From NCBI GenBank assembly GCA_965203485.1, contig OZ241892.1, forward strand, positions 1,760,001-1,824,000: DNA of 64,000 nt. Reading direction: 5' to 3'. A program made the position numbers and the translations under genes. This stretch comes from Longimicrobiales bacterium. GTDB taxonomy: Bacteria; Gemmatimonadota; Gemmatimonadetes; Longimicrobiales; Gaopeijiaceae. Below the pieces are notes generated by a model. The model searched no databases, was not told where the DNA came from, and saw nothing but the letters and a program-made list of their open reading frames with translations. Below are positions 1 to 9,311 of this stretch, piece by piece. The first letter of the stretch is position 1. Each line of letters opens with the position of its first letter.

Positions 1-780
1 CTGGTCGCGCTGGACAGCTCCGGCGCGCCGTGGGCCGAGGTGCCGCGCGGCAACCGCAAGGACGTGCGCAATGCGGTGGAGGCGGCCCGGCGGGCACGCG
101 ACGCATGGCGCGCCGCCAGCGGCCACGAGCGGGCTCAGGTCCTCTACTTTCTCGGCGAGAACTTGGCGGCCCGCGCCGGCGAGTTCGCCGTCGGCTTGCA
201 ACGGGCGACGGGCGTGGACGCCGAGAGCGCCGCCGCCGAAGTCGAGGCCGCGGTGCAGGCGGCGTTCACCTTCGCCGCGTGGGCCGACAAGCACGACGGC
301 CGGGTCCACTCCACCCCCATGCGCAACGTCACGCTGGCGATGAACGAGCCCGTCGGCGCCGTGGGCGTGCGTTGCGGCGACCGGGCGCCGCTGGCGGGCT
401 TCGTCGCTCCGCTGTGCGCCGCGATGTCGCAGGGCAGCGTGGTCGTCGCCATCGCTTCCGCTCGCTGCCCGGTCCCCGCGCTCGACCTGGTTCAGGTGCT
501 CGAGACCTCCGACGTGCCCCCGGGCGTCGCCAACGTCCTCTCGGGCCTGCACGACGAGGTCCTCCCCACGCTCGCAGCGCACGACGACGTGGACCAGCTC
601 TGGGACCTGGTGGGCGACAACCTGTCCGCCGAAGCCGAACGCCTGTCCGCGGGCAACCTCAAGCGCGTCTGGGCGGACCGGGCGGGCCTGGACTGGACGG
701 CCCTCTCGGCCAGCGACTGCGAGTCCCTGCTCCGGCGGGCCACCCGCGTCAAGAACATCTGGGTGCCCTACGGCGCATGA
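1..780 (+). CDS. Aldehyde dehydrogenase family protein, C-terminal part (runs off the window start)
   Basis: Frame open from base 1 (LVALDSSGAPWAEVPRGNRKDVRNAVEAARRA); ALDH motifs WADKHDG, EPVGAVG, PPGVANVLSG, end KNIWVPYGA. Confidence 0.88.
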   Translation: MVALDSSGAPWAEVPRGNRKDVRNAVEAARRARDAWRAASGHERAQVLYFLGENLAARAGEFAVGLQRATGVDAESAAAEVEAAVQAAFTFAAWADKHDGRVHSTPMRNVTLAMNEPVGAVGVRCGDRAPLAGFVAPLCAAMSQGSVVVAIASARCPVPALDLVQVLETSDVPPGVANVLSGLHDEVLPTLAAHDDVDQLWDLVGDNLSAEAERLSAGNLKRVWADRAGLDWTALSASDCESLLRRATRVKNIWVPYGA

Positions 781-827
781 CGCCCGTGCGCGGCAGAGCC
801 GAGTTTGGAGCACGCCGCCGATGCTGA

Positions 828-1700
828 CGAACCTACGGCCTGCTCACGTGCGAGGCGGCCGAGACCGGAAGTCAGATCGTCGCCGCGACCCACTCCGAGG
901 TGATCCTGAACGAGGCCGCCGAGCGCGACCTGGTGATCGCGTTCGTAGGACGCCCCCACCGCATTGGAGGTCGCGGCAGCCAAGTGGCGAAGGCGCTCAA
1001 GGACATCGGCTGGGAAGACTACTACCAGGCGGAGCAGTCCGGTTGGGTCTTTTACTTGGAAGGCCCAACCGACCTTGCGATCCTCCAGGCGTTCGCGCGG
1101 AGATTGGCCCACGACGGCGCCGAACGAGCCTTGGCCGCGCCCTTCGTTCACTACGTCGGCAACCAGCCGGCGGCCGCGGCCAAGCATTTCCAGGGGATCA
1201 AGGAAGCCGTGCCCGATCTAAGTGGCGCGGCTCTATTCGACAGGCTCGCCACTCCGCCCAATATTCCGCCGGTGGCATGTCTTTCATGGCGGCGCCGGGA
1301 GATCGAGAACTACCTGTGCTCTCGCGCCACGCTCGAGGCGTTCGCCAAGTCCGAAGCCCGGGACGAGGCCGGCGGCCCCTTGTTGTTGCCCGCGGGACGC
1401 GACAGGCGCGTCCGAGCGATGACCGAAGCAATCGCCGAGCTGGAAACCGCACTCGCGACGCTGGACAAGGGCTCGCCCTGGGACGCCGACGCCAAGGTCA
1501 GCGACGACTTTCTCGTCCCGCTCTTCCGCACCTACTACAAGAAGCTGGAGCTACCCAACCTCATGGCCAAAAGGAGTTTTCACTTGCTGGCCGAGCACGT
1601 GCCCCCGGCGGAGATCGATCCGGAAGTGACCGAGAAGCTGGACGCCATCGCCCGGACAGGTGCGCAGGCCGACGAGATGTCGGCCGCGCCGCCGTTCTGA
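828..1700 (+). pseudogene. 5'-truncated OLD-like ABC ATPase/TOPRIM nuclease remnant
   Basis: After in-frame TGA 825-827 the frame reads RTYGLLTCEAAETGSQIVAATHSEVILNE (ABC H-loop region), then TOPRIM-like VFYLEGPTD..ALFDR..RRREIENY. No Walker A/B upstream because the ALDH gene occupies that space. Confidence 0.65.
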
Positions 1701-2126
1701 TCAGGCGGCCTGTTGCAGGACGAGCTTGAGGTCGTCGATGCGCTCGGAAGTCACAGCCCGGAGATCCTGAATGCGCTCGGCCGTGGACGCCTTGAGGTCG
1801 TCGATTCTCGTGCCCATGTCGTCGATCCGGCCGCCCAGCATCCTCACCACGCGCTCCTCCGACTCGCGGATGCTCGCGCGGATCCCGTCGTGCATGCGCT
1901 CCTGCTCGGCGCGCAACGCTCCGACTTCATCACGGACGTCCGCCCGCAACGCCTCGATCTCGCCGCGCAACTCCGCCCGCAACGCCCCAATCTCGCCGCG
2001 CAACTCCGTCACCCTGCGGTCAAGCCGGACATCGATGTCCTTGAGACGATTGCCGAGATACGTCGCCATCATCGCAAATCCGGTGGCCAACGCCGCCAAC
2101 TGCACCAACGGTTCAATCCAGTCCAT
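1701..2126 (-). CDS. Small membrane-anchored coiled-coil protein (DUF1640/CCDC90-like)
   Basis: ATG at 2126 with GGAGG just upstream; N-terminal hydrophobic helix, then 11-residue repeats LRGEIGALRAE/LRGEIEALRAD/VRDEVGALRAE and RIDD repeats. Confidence 0.7.
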   Translation of the reverse strand: MDWIEPLVQLAALATGFAMMATYLGNRLKDIDVRLDRRVTELRGEIGALRAELRGEIEALRADVRDEVGALRAEQERMHDGIRASIRESEERVVRMLGGRIDDMGTRIDDLKASTAERIQDLRAVTSERIDDLKLVLQQAA

Positions 2127-2260
2127 GTCCTCCCTCTCCGTGCATTGCCTCCGTCCGCCGGGCAAGGCGCCCACGCGGATCCGGCCACGAAGGTACGGAA
2201 GCCGACCCGCAACGGAAGCCACCTGGGACACTTGAATGCTCATATGCGCGCGGGCGCTCG

Positions 2261-2998
2261 TCAAGGGCTGGCGACGCTGGCGGGATTGAACTTCCGCCGG
2301 TACCGACGCGTCCAGACGACGATGGCCGGCGCACCAACGACGGTCGGAAGAATCCACGGCACGACCGCCGCCGCTCCATCAAGGCCGTAGTCCCAGAACC
2401 GTTGCACGCCGAAAACGAGGAACGCCGTGTGGAACGCGATGCCACCGCCGAGCATCGCCGCGAGGTGGCTGTAGAACCAACCCATGCGCTCGGCGCCCGG
2501 ACGGCGCATCATGCGCAGCATCCGCCATCCGGTGAAGACGCCGATCGGGCTCATGCCCAGCAACACGGGCGACACGCTGGACCAAGCCGCGAGCGCCGTC
2601 GCGACCGCGGCTCCGCTGCTCCCGACCGCCGCCCACGCGAGAGCGGCATGGAACGGGCTCCGCAACGTCTCCGGCGCTCGCCGGGTCGCCACTACCCGCA
2701 TTGCCTGGCGCACGTTGGCGAACGTCGCCACGCCCAGGTACCCCAGCAGGCACGCAAAGCCGTAGAGTTCCGGCTGCTCGGCAACGCCGATCCCGTCAAG
2801 TTGGTACCCGAGGACCCGGCCGACCGACACGGTCACGGCCGACACCGTCACGACGTAGGCGCAATACGCGTAGACCCGCCCCGCCCGCTTGTGCAAGCGG
2901 CCGCCCTTGCGGGCGAACACCGGCGCCCAGAAAGCCCCGAGGCCGACGAAGCCCGCGGCCACATGGCCGACAATGACAACGTCGAGCAACACGTTCAA
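2261..2998 (-). CDS. DUF2306-like integral membrane protein
   Basis: HVAAG...KGGRLHKRAGRVY and W..SHL..MLGGGIAFHTAF motifs, about 6 TM helices; TTG start overlaps the mcrC stop (TTGA). Confidence 0.75.
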   Translation of the reverse strand: MNVLLDVVIVGHVAAGFVGLGAFWAPVFARKGGRLHKRAGRVYAYCAYVVTVSAVTVSVGRVLGYQLDGIGVAEQPELYGFACLLGYLGVATFANVRQAMRVVATRRAPETLRSPFHAALAWAAVGSSGAAVATALAAWSSVSPVLLGMSPIGVFTGWRMLRMMRRPGAERMGWFYSHLAAMLGGGIAFHTAFLVFGVQRFWDYGLDGAAAVVPWILPTVVGAPAIVVWTRRYRRKFNPASVASP

Positions 2999-4119
2999 AG
3001 CTCGCGCTCCACTCCGACGATCTCCAGCATCTCGTCGTGGATCTGCCGCCAGTCCGCATTCAAGTCCACGGTGCACGCCTGCACGCGAAAGCCGTCGAGC
3101 CGAACGTCCACGCGCAATCGCTTGTCCACTTGCGGATAGAGCAAGATGCCCTCGTGTCGCCTCGATTCGTCCGGGTCGCTCGCCTCCCGATTCCGCAGAT
3201 ACGCCAGCAACTGGTACAAGTTGCCCGAGTGCAGTTTTCCGCCTCCCCGCCCTCCAAGTGCGTCGCCGTAGAACTTCGTGTCGAGCACGATGCGCCGGTC
3301 GCTGGACTCGAGGATCAAGTCCGCTTCCATCTTCGGGACCTTGGCCAAGTCCGTCTCGCGGCCCTCCGGTTCCGGTTGCCAGCTGATTCCCCGCCCTTCC
3401 GCATTCACCCCGAAGCGATTTTGCTCCTTGCGGTAGAAGCCTGTTGCAAAACGCTCGAACAAGGCCCACATCGTCGCTTCGTCGCGGCGAAAGTCGTTGA
3501 AGCGGCGGACGAGCCGACCACCACGTGCTTCGTCGACGAGCCGACAGTCGTGGACCAAGCGGCATACGTCCAACAAGAACCGATAAAGCCGCCGATTTCG
3601 GTCGATCTGCACCAAGGAGAAGGTTCGGTGCGTGAGCGGCTGCACGGACACGCCTTCCATCTGGTGATACGCCGACGCAACTTCCTTGTGCACCTCCCGA
3701 TCCAGTCCCGTTTCGGACGAATCAGCGCGCGACGCGGCGTTTCGCCGATTCCCCCTCGCCACGCCCAGCCTGCGAAGCGAAGCGAGCGACGACCGCAGGA
3801 TTCGGTTGGGCAGAATGTCCGGCGAGAGTTCTTCGAACTCGCACGCAATCCGGCTCCTCGCCCGAAGCGACCGCTTCACCGTGTCGCCCAACAGCAGCTT
3901 GCCGCGAACGCCGACCAGGTCTTCCTGCTCCTCCATGTACCCACGGTCGATCCCCCTCCGAAGCAGTCGGCTGACGCCGCTGGCCAAGACCTTGCCCAGC
4001 AAGTCCTGAACGGACCGAAGCTCGCCGGCCTCGGTCACTGCCCTTGCGTCCTTCTCCTGCACCTGATCCCACGCGTAGCACAGCAGAAAATAGACGTTGA
4101 GCATGGGAACGTCCTTCAA
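2995..4119 (-). CDS. mcrC: McrC family restriction subunit (PD-(D/E)xK nuclease)
   Basis: PMLNVYFLLCYAW N-terminus, RGIDRGY, LFERF, MEADL..IVLDTKFY, NLYQLLAYL, GILLYP; TTG start overlaps the mcrB stop. Confidence 0.9.
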   Translation of the reverse strand: MKDVPMLNVYFLLCYAWDQVQEKDARAVTEAGELRSVQDLLGKVLASGVSRLLRRGIDRGYMEEQEDLVGVRGKLLLGDTVKRSLRARSRIACEFEELSPDILPNRILRSSLASLRRLGVARGNRRNAASRADSSETGLDREVHKEVASAYHQMEGVSVQPLTHRTFSLVQIDRNRRLYRFLLDVCRLVHDCRLVDEARGGRLVRRFNDFRRDEATMWALFERFATGFYRKEQNRFGVNAEGRGISWQPEPEGRETDLAKVPKMEADLILESSDRRIVLDTKFYGDALGGRGGGKLHSGNLYQLLAYLRNREASDPDESRRHEGILLYPQVDKRLRVDVRLDGFRVQACTVDLNADWRQIHDEMLEIVGVEREL

Positions 4120-5870
4120 GGAGCGAGCAACTCCTCGACCGCCTTGTTCGCCTTCTCTGCCGACTCGAACCAGTATTCCTCGAGCAACGGCCTGATCTGA
4201 GTCTTCACGACCGCATCGTACCAGTCCCGCGAAGCGGACTCGGCCTCGTCCGGCACGAAGTAGCTGTGGCCGACGCAGAAGCCCGGACCGAGTTCCGAGT
4301 CCTCGGCAATGTCCTCGTTCAACTGCTGGAGCTTCCGGTCGATCGTCCTCGCCAGCTCGTCCGTCGCTCCCCGTTCGCGCACGAGAAACTCCCTGAACGC
4401 GCTCCCCTTGCCGAACGCCGGTTCCAGCGTCTCGAAGGCAAACCTGCGCCGCAACGCGTAGTCCACGACCGCCAGCGACCGGTCTGCCGTGTTCATCAAG
4501 CCGAGGACATGCAAATTCGGCGGAACGTAGAAGCGATTCCCGGGACTCCCGTAGGTCAACGAGACGGCGTATTCCTCGCTTCTCTTGTCCGCCTCCACCA
4601 GCATCAGCAATTCGCCGAATATGCGCGACAGATTGCCCCTGTTGATTTCGTCGATGACCAGAACATGCGGAATTTCCGCGTCCTCGCGAGCCCGATCGCA
4701 GAACTCGAAGAAGACCCCGTTCCTGAGGTCGAATCCTCCGTCTTTGTTCGGACGATATCCCTGCACGAAGTCCTCGTACGCGTATGCTTGATGGAACTGA
4801 ACCATCTCGATCGCTTCTGAATTCTTCTCGCCCATCAAGCACCAGGCCAGCCTCCGCGCCATAAACGTCTTTCCGGTGCCCGGCGGTCCCTGCAAGACGA
4901 GGTTCTTGCGGGATTCAAGCGCATCGAGCATGCGCGTGAATTGTTCACGGGGCACAAACAGGTCCTCCATCGCGTCGTCGACGTAATACGACGGCCGAGA
5001 CAGCGTGGGAACGCCCGGCGGCAGAGAGGGGGGCACGTCGGGAGCTTGACCAGCATTCGGCATTTCTGGAAGCAAGCGACGCATGCTGGCGAGCTCGGGT
5101 CTCCTCGTGTAATCCACGAGCGTGTTGTTGGGCAACCGCGACGGCGCCTTTCGAGGTGGATCGAGCAAATGCCATGTCACTTTTCTCGTGTGCGGATAAT
5201 CTCGAAGCGACGATTCGTCGTAACGGTATTCGCCCTCAATTCGCCCGAGACCGACGATCTGGCTGCGCCCGCGTCTAGCTATGATCTCGTCTCCTGGCTT
5301 CATCACGCCCTGGGGACCGAACTTCCACAACATCGAGGCCGTATGCGTGCCCCCTTCGGCTGCCTGGCGGACGGCCTCGTCGAGATCACGCCGACGGCGG
5401 CAGTCGCGCAAATCGCCGACGCGCCATGGCAGTGCGGCCATGCCATGTTCCCGAAAAGCAGGCCAAGCTTGACCATCTCGGCCTGTCGCAATTATCCAGG
5501 TGCGCGTGGCATCCGTCGATGATCGCGGGTGGGCGGCCTTCATTTTCTCGGCAAGCGCGTCGGCGTCGCACACGCCTCTGCCGTCTTCAGTAATCGCCCA
5601 CACCGCCTTCTCGGGATTGACAAGCAATCCGCGTTGGCGGAGTCTCATGCGCGCAAACTCCAAATTGGTCTGGAACACAGACTTCCCTGTAGGCTGGTGA
5701 CGGATTCCCAAAGCCGCTTCAGGCAACTCGATGGCAGACGCGACTTCTTTCAGGATCTGGTCGTTGGTCGCAGATCCGCCGAGCGATTGAACAGCCTCGA
5801 GCACGGGCCAATGAAGGGCGCCTTCAGAAGGAATCCCGTGGCCCTTCTCCGTCCCTTCCATCTTCTCCAT
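4116..5870 (-). CDS. mcrB: McrB family AAA+ GTPase with N-terminal Mrr_N winged helix and an EVE/PUA-like domain
   Basis: GPPGTGKT, VQFHQAYAYEDFVQGYRP, VIDEINRGN, MNTADRS, ALRRRF, LLEEYWF; N-terminus P..LHWPVLEAVQSLGGSATN..WAITEDGR is Mrr_N-like; middle WIIATG..MKPGDEIIA..IVGLGRIEGEYRY. Confidence 0.92.
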   Translation of the reverse strand: MEKMEGTEKGHGIPSEGALHWPVLEAVQSLGGSATNDQILKEVASAIELPEAALGIRHQPTGKSVFQTNLEFARMRLRQRGLLVNPEKAVWAITEDGRGVCDADALAEKMKAAHPRSSTDATRTWIIATGRDGQAWPAFREHGMAALPWRVGDLRDCRRRRDLDEAVRQAAEGGTHTASMLWKFGPQGVMKPGDEIIARRGRSQIVGLGRIEGEYRYDESSLRDYPHTRKVTWHLLDPPRKAPSRLPNNTLVDYTRRPELASMRRLLPEMPNAGQAPDVPPSLPPGVPTLSRPSYYVDDAMEDLFVPREQFTRMLDALESRKNLVLQGPPGTGKTFMARRLAWCLMGEKNSEAIEMVQFHQAYAYEDFVQGYRPNKDGGFDLRNGVFFEFCDRAREDAEIPHVLVIDEINRGNLSRIFGELLMLVEADKRSEEYAVSLTYGSPGNRFYVPPNLHVLGLMNTADRSLAVVDYALRRRFAFETLEPAFGKGSAFREFLVRERGATDELARTIDRKLQQLNEDIAEDSELGPGFCVGHSYFVPDEAESASRDWYDAVVKTQIRPLLEEYWFESAEKANKAVEELLAP

Positions 5871-5890
5871 CCCCGCCTCAGCCGCCGCCG

Positions 5891-8800
5891 TCAGCTCACC
5901 AGCCGCCGCCCCTGGATCGGCTCCAGGCGTTCCCGGATCAACAACTCGTTGAGTCGGCCCACGTCGCGCTGGACCACGATCTCCAGTTCCGACAGCTGCT
6001 CGGCCAACAGAGCCGAAAGGCGCTCGAACACATCGTAGGACTGGTCGGTGGGGCGGTTCTCCGAGCCTTCGACGACGCCCAGCAGCGCCGCCAGCTTATT
6101 GTTGAGCTTGATGGGGTAGTTGAGGGGGTCTTGGTTGCTCTGGTTCTTGACCTGGTAGATCTCGGCTTCGACCACGTTCAAGTTCTCGGTCGTCGTTTCG
6201 GCCTGCTGCTCGACTTCGGTGTTGTCGGTCTGCTCCAGGCGGTCCGCGATCTGGCCTTCGATGTCGCGGATGCGGACCACGGCGTCGTTCGCCTCGGACA
6301 CGCGGTCGCGGATCTGGATGGCCAAGTCGAAGCGCTCTTGGAGGTCGGCCACGGTGACGCCGGCCAAGTTGGGATTGGCACGAACCTCGAAGTCGCGCTC
6401 CATGGGCTCGCCGCCGTTCACGGTCAAGCGGACGGAGTAGGCTCCCGGCACCGCCATCGGACCCATGGGCCGGGCGGCCCACATGATGCGGCCTTCGAAG
6501 TCGGTCCACGCGGGGTAGCGCAGGTCCCAGCGGAACCGGCGGGCGCCCGCCTTCGCCGACGGCCTCGCGCCGCGCCCGCCGCCGAACCCGAAGCGCGCCG
6601 CCGGACCGCGCGCCGCCTCTTCCTCGTCGGCCTCGGCCTCCTCTTCGTCCGCAACCACGCGCTCGAACGAACGCACCGTCTCGCCCGCCCCGTTCAGCAC
6701 GTCGATCTTCACGCTCTCGGCGTCATCGGCCAAATAGTAGTCGAAGACCGCGCCGCCCAGCCCCCGCATCGGGTCCGCCGGCTGGAAGAGCCACGCATCG
6801 GCGGCCGCCACCTCCGCGCTCATCTGGCGCAACGGCCCGATCCCCTCAAGCACCCAGAACGAACGGCCGTGCGTGGCGATCACCAAGTCCTCGTCCTCGA
6901 CGACCAAGTCCGACACCTGCACGACCGGCAGGTTGAGCGAGAGCGGCTGCCAGAGCGCCCCGTCGTCGAAGGAGACGTACACGGTCCGTTCGGACGCGGC
7001 GTAGAGCAACCCCGGGCGCACCGGGTCCTCGCGCGTGGCCCGAATGAAGTCGTCGCCGGGCAGGCCGTCCACGACCTTGGTCCAGGTCGCGCCGTAGTCC
7101 TCGGTCTTCCAGATGTAGGGCGCGCGGTCGTCGTCCACCAAGTAGCGGATGCCCGACACGTATGCCTTGCCCCCCGCGTTGGGCGACGCCTCGATGGTGT
7201 TGATTCGCACCAAGGCGGGCGCGTCGGCGGGCGTGACGTCCGTCCAGGTGGCGCCGCCGTCGCGGGTGACGTGCACCAGCCCGTCGTCGGAGCCGGCCCA
7301 TATCACTTGCGGATCGTGGTAGGACGGCGCAATGGCGAAGACGGTCGCGAAGGTCTCCACACCCGTCTGGTCCTTGGTGATCGGGCCCCCCGACGGCCCC
7401 ATGGTCTCGGCGTCGGCGCGGGTCAGGTCGGGGCTGATCTGCTCCCACGACTGGCCCTCGGTGGTCGTCTTCCAAACCTTCTGCGTGCCCGTGTAGAGCA
7501 CGTTCGGGTCGTGGTGGGAGAAGACGATCGGGAAGGTCCACTGCACCCGTTCGACGAGGTCCTCGGACGACTGGCCCATGGGATTCTCGGGCCACACGTT
7601 CACGGCGCGGCTCGTGCCCGTCGCCCTGTCGTGGCGCGACAGGCTGCCGCCGTAGCACCCGGCGTAGAAGACGTCGAGGTTCACGGGGCTCGGCGCGACG
7701 TAGCCGCTCTCGCAACCGCCTACCGCGTAGTACCAGGCCCGGTTGCCGGGGCCGCGCGCCGCCATGTGGTTCCAGCCCCGCACGGGGACGCACGCGGTCG
7801 AGTTGTCCTGCTGGCCGCCGCAGATGTGGTACGGCGTGTGCTCCGTCGTGATCACGCGGTAGAACTGGGCTGTCGAGTAGTCCTGGTCGGTCCAGCTGCG
7901 GCCGCCGTTGAAGGAGACGTTGGCACCGCCGTCGTTGCCGTTGACCATGCGGTCGGAATCGCTGGGCGCGATCCAGAGGTCGTGGTTGTCGCCGTGGGGC
8001 ACCGCGATGCCTTGCGGGAAGGTCTCGCCGCCGTCGCGCGAACGGTAGAAGCCCGTGTTGAGCGCGTAGACGACGTCCTCGTCGTTCGGATCGGCGTAGA
8101 CGCGCGTGTAGTAGAAGGCGCGCTGCCGCAGCTTGCGCTCGTCGTTGACGCGCTCCCACGTGGCCCCGGCGTCGTCCGAGCGCCACACGCCGCCGTCCGG
8201 CTCGTGCTCGATCAGCGCCCAGACGCGATCGGGGTTCGCCGGCGACACCGCGACGCCGATCTTGCCCACCGGGCCCTCGGAGAGCCCGATGGCGCCGGTG
8301 ATCTCGGTCCACGTCTCGCCCCCGTCGGTGGACTTGAAGAGGCCGCTGTCCTCGCCTCCCGACGACATCGCCCACGAACGCCGCCACGCTTCCCAGATCG
8401 ACGCGTACAGGACGTCCGGGTCGGTCGCGTCCACGCTGACGTCCACCGCGCCGGCCTTGTCGCTCCGGTAGAGCACCTTGCGCCAAGTCTCGCCGCCGTC
8501 GGTCGTCTTGAAGACGCCGCGTTCGGTGTTCGACGCGGAGTGCTTGCCGAACGCCGCGGCCCAGGCCATGTCGCAGTTCTCGGGATGGACGCGGATGCGC
8601 GCGATGTTCTGCGTCTCGCGCAAGCCCACGTGCTCCCACGTCGTGCCCCCGTCGGTGGACTTGTAGGCCCCGTCGCCCTGCTGGATGTTCCCCCGCAACT
8701 GCGTCTCGCCCGTGCCCATGTAGACGACGTCGGGGTCCGCTTGGCAGACCTCGACGGCGCCGATCGACGCGCTGCCGATCTTGCCGTCCGTGACCGCGCG

Positions 8801-9076
8801 CCAGTTCTGGCCGCCGTCGGTGGTCCTCCACAGGCCGCCGCCCGTGGTGCCCATGTAGTACTCGAACGGGCGGGAGTCGGAGCCGGCCACTGCGATGGAG
8901 CGGCCTCCGCGCGGCGGGCCGACGTTGCGCCAGCGCAAGGACTTCCAGAAGGCGTCGGAGTAGGTTCCTTGCATGTCCTCGGCCTCTTGAGCAGTGGAGC
9001 CGACGGGAGTCGCAAGGGCGGAGAGGGCGACGGCGGCCAGCGCCGCGGACGTGGCGAGGGGGTTCGTTTTGCGCAT
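5891..9076 (-). CDS. Secreted VPS10/BNR-repeat glycosyl hydrolase-like protein
   Basis: Signal peptide MRKTNPLA..AQ; LRWRNVGPPRGGRS; many S/T-x-DGG-x-T/S-W Asp boxes; HGDNHDLWI; C-terminal coiled coil. Confidence 0.88.
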   Translation of the reverse strand: MRKTNPLATSAALAAVALSALATPVGSTAQEAEDMQGTYSDAFWKSLRWRNVGPPRGGRSIAVAGSDSRPFEYYMGTTGGGLWRTTDGGQNWRAVTDGKIGSASIGAVEVCQADPDVVYMGTGETQLRGNIQQGDGAYKSTDGGTTWEHVGLRETQNIARIRVHPENCDMAWAAAFGKHSASNTERGVFKTTDGGETWRKVLYRSDKAGAVDVSVDATDPDVLYASIWEAWRRSWAMSSGGEDSGLFKSTDGGETWTEITGAIGLSEGPVGKIGVAVSPANPDRVWALIEHEPDGGVWRSDDAGATWERVNDERKLRQRAFYYTRVYADPNDEDVVYALNTGFYRSRDGGETFPQGIAVPHGDNHDLWIAPSDSDRMVNGNDGGANVSFNGGRSWTDQDYSTAQFYRVITTEHTPYHICGGQQDNSTACVPVRGWNHMAARGPGNRAWYYAVGGCESGYVAPSPVNLDVFYAGCYGGSLSRHDRATGTSRAVNVWPENPMGQSSEDLVERVQWTFPIVFSHHDPNVLYTGTQKVWKTTTEGQSWEQISPDLTRADAETMGPSGGPITKDQTGVETFATVFAIAPSYHDPQVIWAGSDDGLVHVTRDGGATWTDVTPADAPALVRINTIEASPNAGGKAYVSGIRYLVDDDRAPYIWKTEDYGATWTKVVDGLPGDDFIRATREDPVRPGLLYAASERTVYVSFDDGALWQPLSLNLPVVQVSDLVVEDEDLVIATHGRSFWVLEGIGPLRQMSAEVAAADAWLFQPADPMRGLGGAVFDYYLADDAESVKIDVLNGAGETVRSFERVVADEEEAEADEEEAARGPAARFGFGGGRGARPSAKAGARRFRWDLRYPAWTDFEGRIMWAARPMGPMAVPGAYSVRLTVNGGEPMERDFEVRANPNLAGVTVADLQERFDLAIQIRDRVSEANDAVVRIRDIEGQIADRLEQTDNTEVEQQAETTTENLNVVEAEIYQVKNQSNQDPLNYPIKLNNKLAALLGVVEGSENRPTDQSYDVFERLSALLAEQLSELEIVVQRDVGRLNELLIRERLEPIQGRRLVS

Positions 9077-9311
9077 GTGGCGAGTCCTGTGCTGCTTTGG
9101 GGGGCGCCGCGCCGCGCGGGACGCGGGCCACAGTTCTCGGGGAACGACGATCTCGTGGCCTGACCCGACGCATTCCAAGAGCGCCGGCCACGGACGAAGA
9201 CGTCGCGAGCTGGCGGACAGAATACCCTTCGGCGCACCGGACGGCAACACCGCGAACAGTTCGGCGAGCCAAGTCCCCCGCCACTGGCGCACCCTTCCCC
9301 GCCGTGCCACC

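Noticed and set aside
780..830. Selenocysteine read-through at TGA 825-827
   Set aside because: The upstream frame has no ATPase-like sequence or redox motif; truncation is the simpler explanation
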